Source: Thermoprotei archaeon
GTDB lineage: Archaea > Thermoproteota > Thermoprotei_A > EX4484-217-1
Direction of reading: 5' to 3'
Assembly (NCBI GenBank): GCA_021158265.1
Contig: JAGGUY010000001.1
Coordinates: forward strand, 1-48,052
Length of the DNA: 48,052 nt
Below, piece after piece: positions 47,816 to 48,052 of the stretch; within the stretch, counting starts at the first letter, position 1; the number at the start of each line of letters is the position of its first letter. Under the pieces are notes generated by a model. That model did not search any database. It saw only the letters and a list, made by a program, of their open reading frames with translations, and was not told where the DNA came from. A program made the position numbers and the translations under genes.

Positions 47816-48052
47816 CTAAATAATTTTTAGAATCAGTATAACATATATCGTAAACATAGCTAATGAAAGAAGGAGAAGTGCCTTAACTAATGCTAAGTGC
47901 TTATCGCCTTTAATACTATAATGTAACATTTTTTGATCACCATGTTTTCTACGTGTAATAATCCAAATAGCTGTTGATATGCTTCCGAAAATTAAACCTA
48001 ATGCAAAAAATATGTAAGCTGTTCCAAAATAGCTTATAATATTATTTAGTGT
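47816..48052 (-). CDS. C-terminal part of a membrane protein (start outside the window)
   Basis: Open frame ..YIFFALGLIFGSISTAIWII..ALLLLSLAMFTIYVILILKII*. Confidence 0.6.
   Translation of the reverse strand, partial: TLNNIISYFGTAYIFFALGLIFGSISTAIWIITRRKHGDQKMLHYSIKGDKHLALVKALLLLSLAMFTIYVILILKII

Overview
Gene-dense, AT-rich chromosomal window from an archaeon, most likely an anaerobic (hyper)thermophilic member of Thermoproteota (inferred from TTTATA promoters, GGTGA/GAGG RBS, AGOG, KptA, paired MoeA and Thr-rich linkers on solute-binding proteins). No rRNA, tRNA, CRISPR array or intact transposase was seen. All family calls are from motif recognition, not database searches. Blocks from left to right: (1) a Re-citrate synthase / LeuCD-type hydro-lyase / IDH-type dehydrogenase operon (1-4024); (2) a ~1.2 kb non-coding stretch with several GC-rich IS200/IS605-like end remnants, one of which has a diverged second copy at ~20.5 kb; (3) cysK, an MBL hydrolase, two moeA genes, an amino acid symporter, kptA and a peptide ABC transporter; (4) a corrinoid methyl-transfer cluster (core methionine synthase, RACE-type activator, MtrH-like protein, MetV-MetF fusion) next to a Btu-type ABC importer; (5) a ~15 kb purine uptake/catabolism region (adenine deaminase, two amidohydrolases, a BMP ABC transporter with adjacent tatAC, a non-canonical ThrC-like PLP enzyme and a YgeW-like carbamoyltransferase). 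The best candidates for undescribed systems are an archaeal variant of the anaerobic ygeW/hyuA/ssnA purine pathway, a modular B12-dependent methionine synthesis system, and the clustered orphan tnpB-end (omega-RNA-like) elements.
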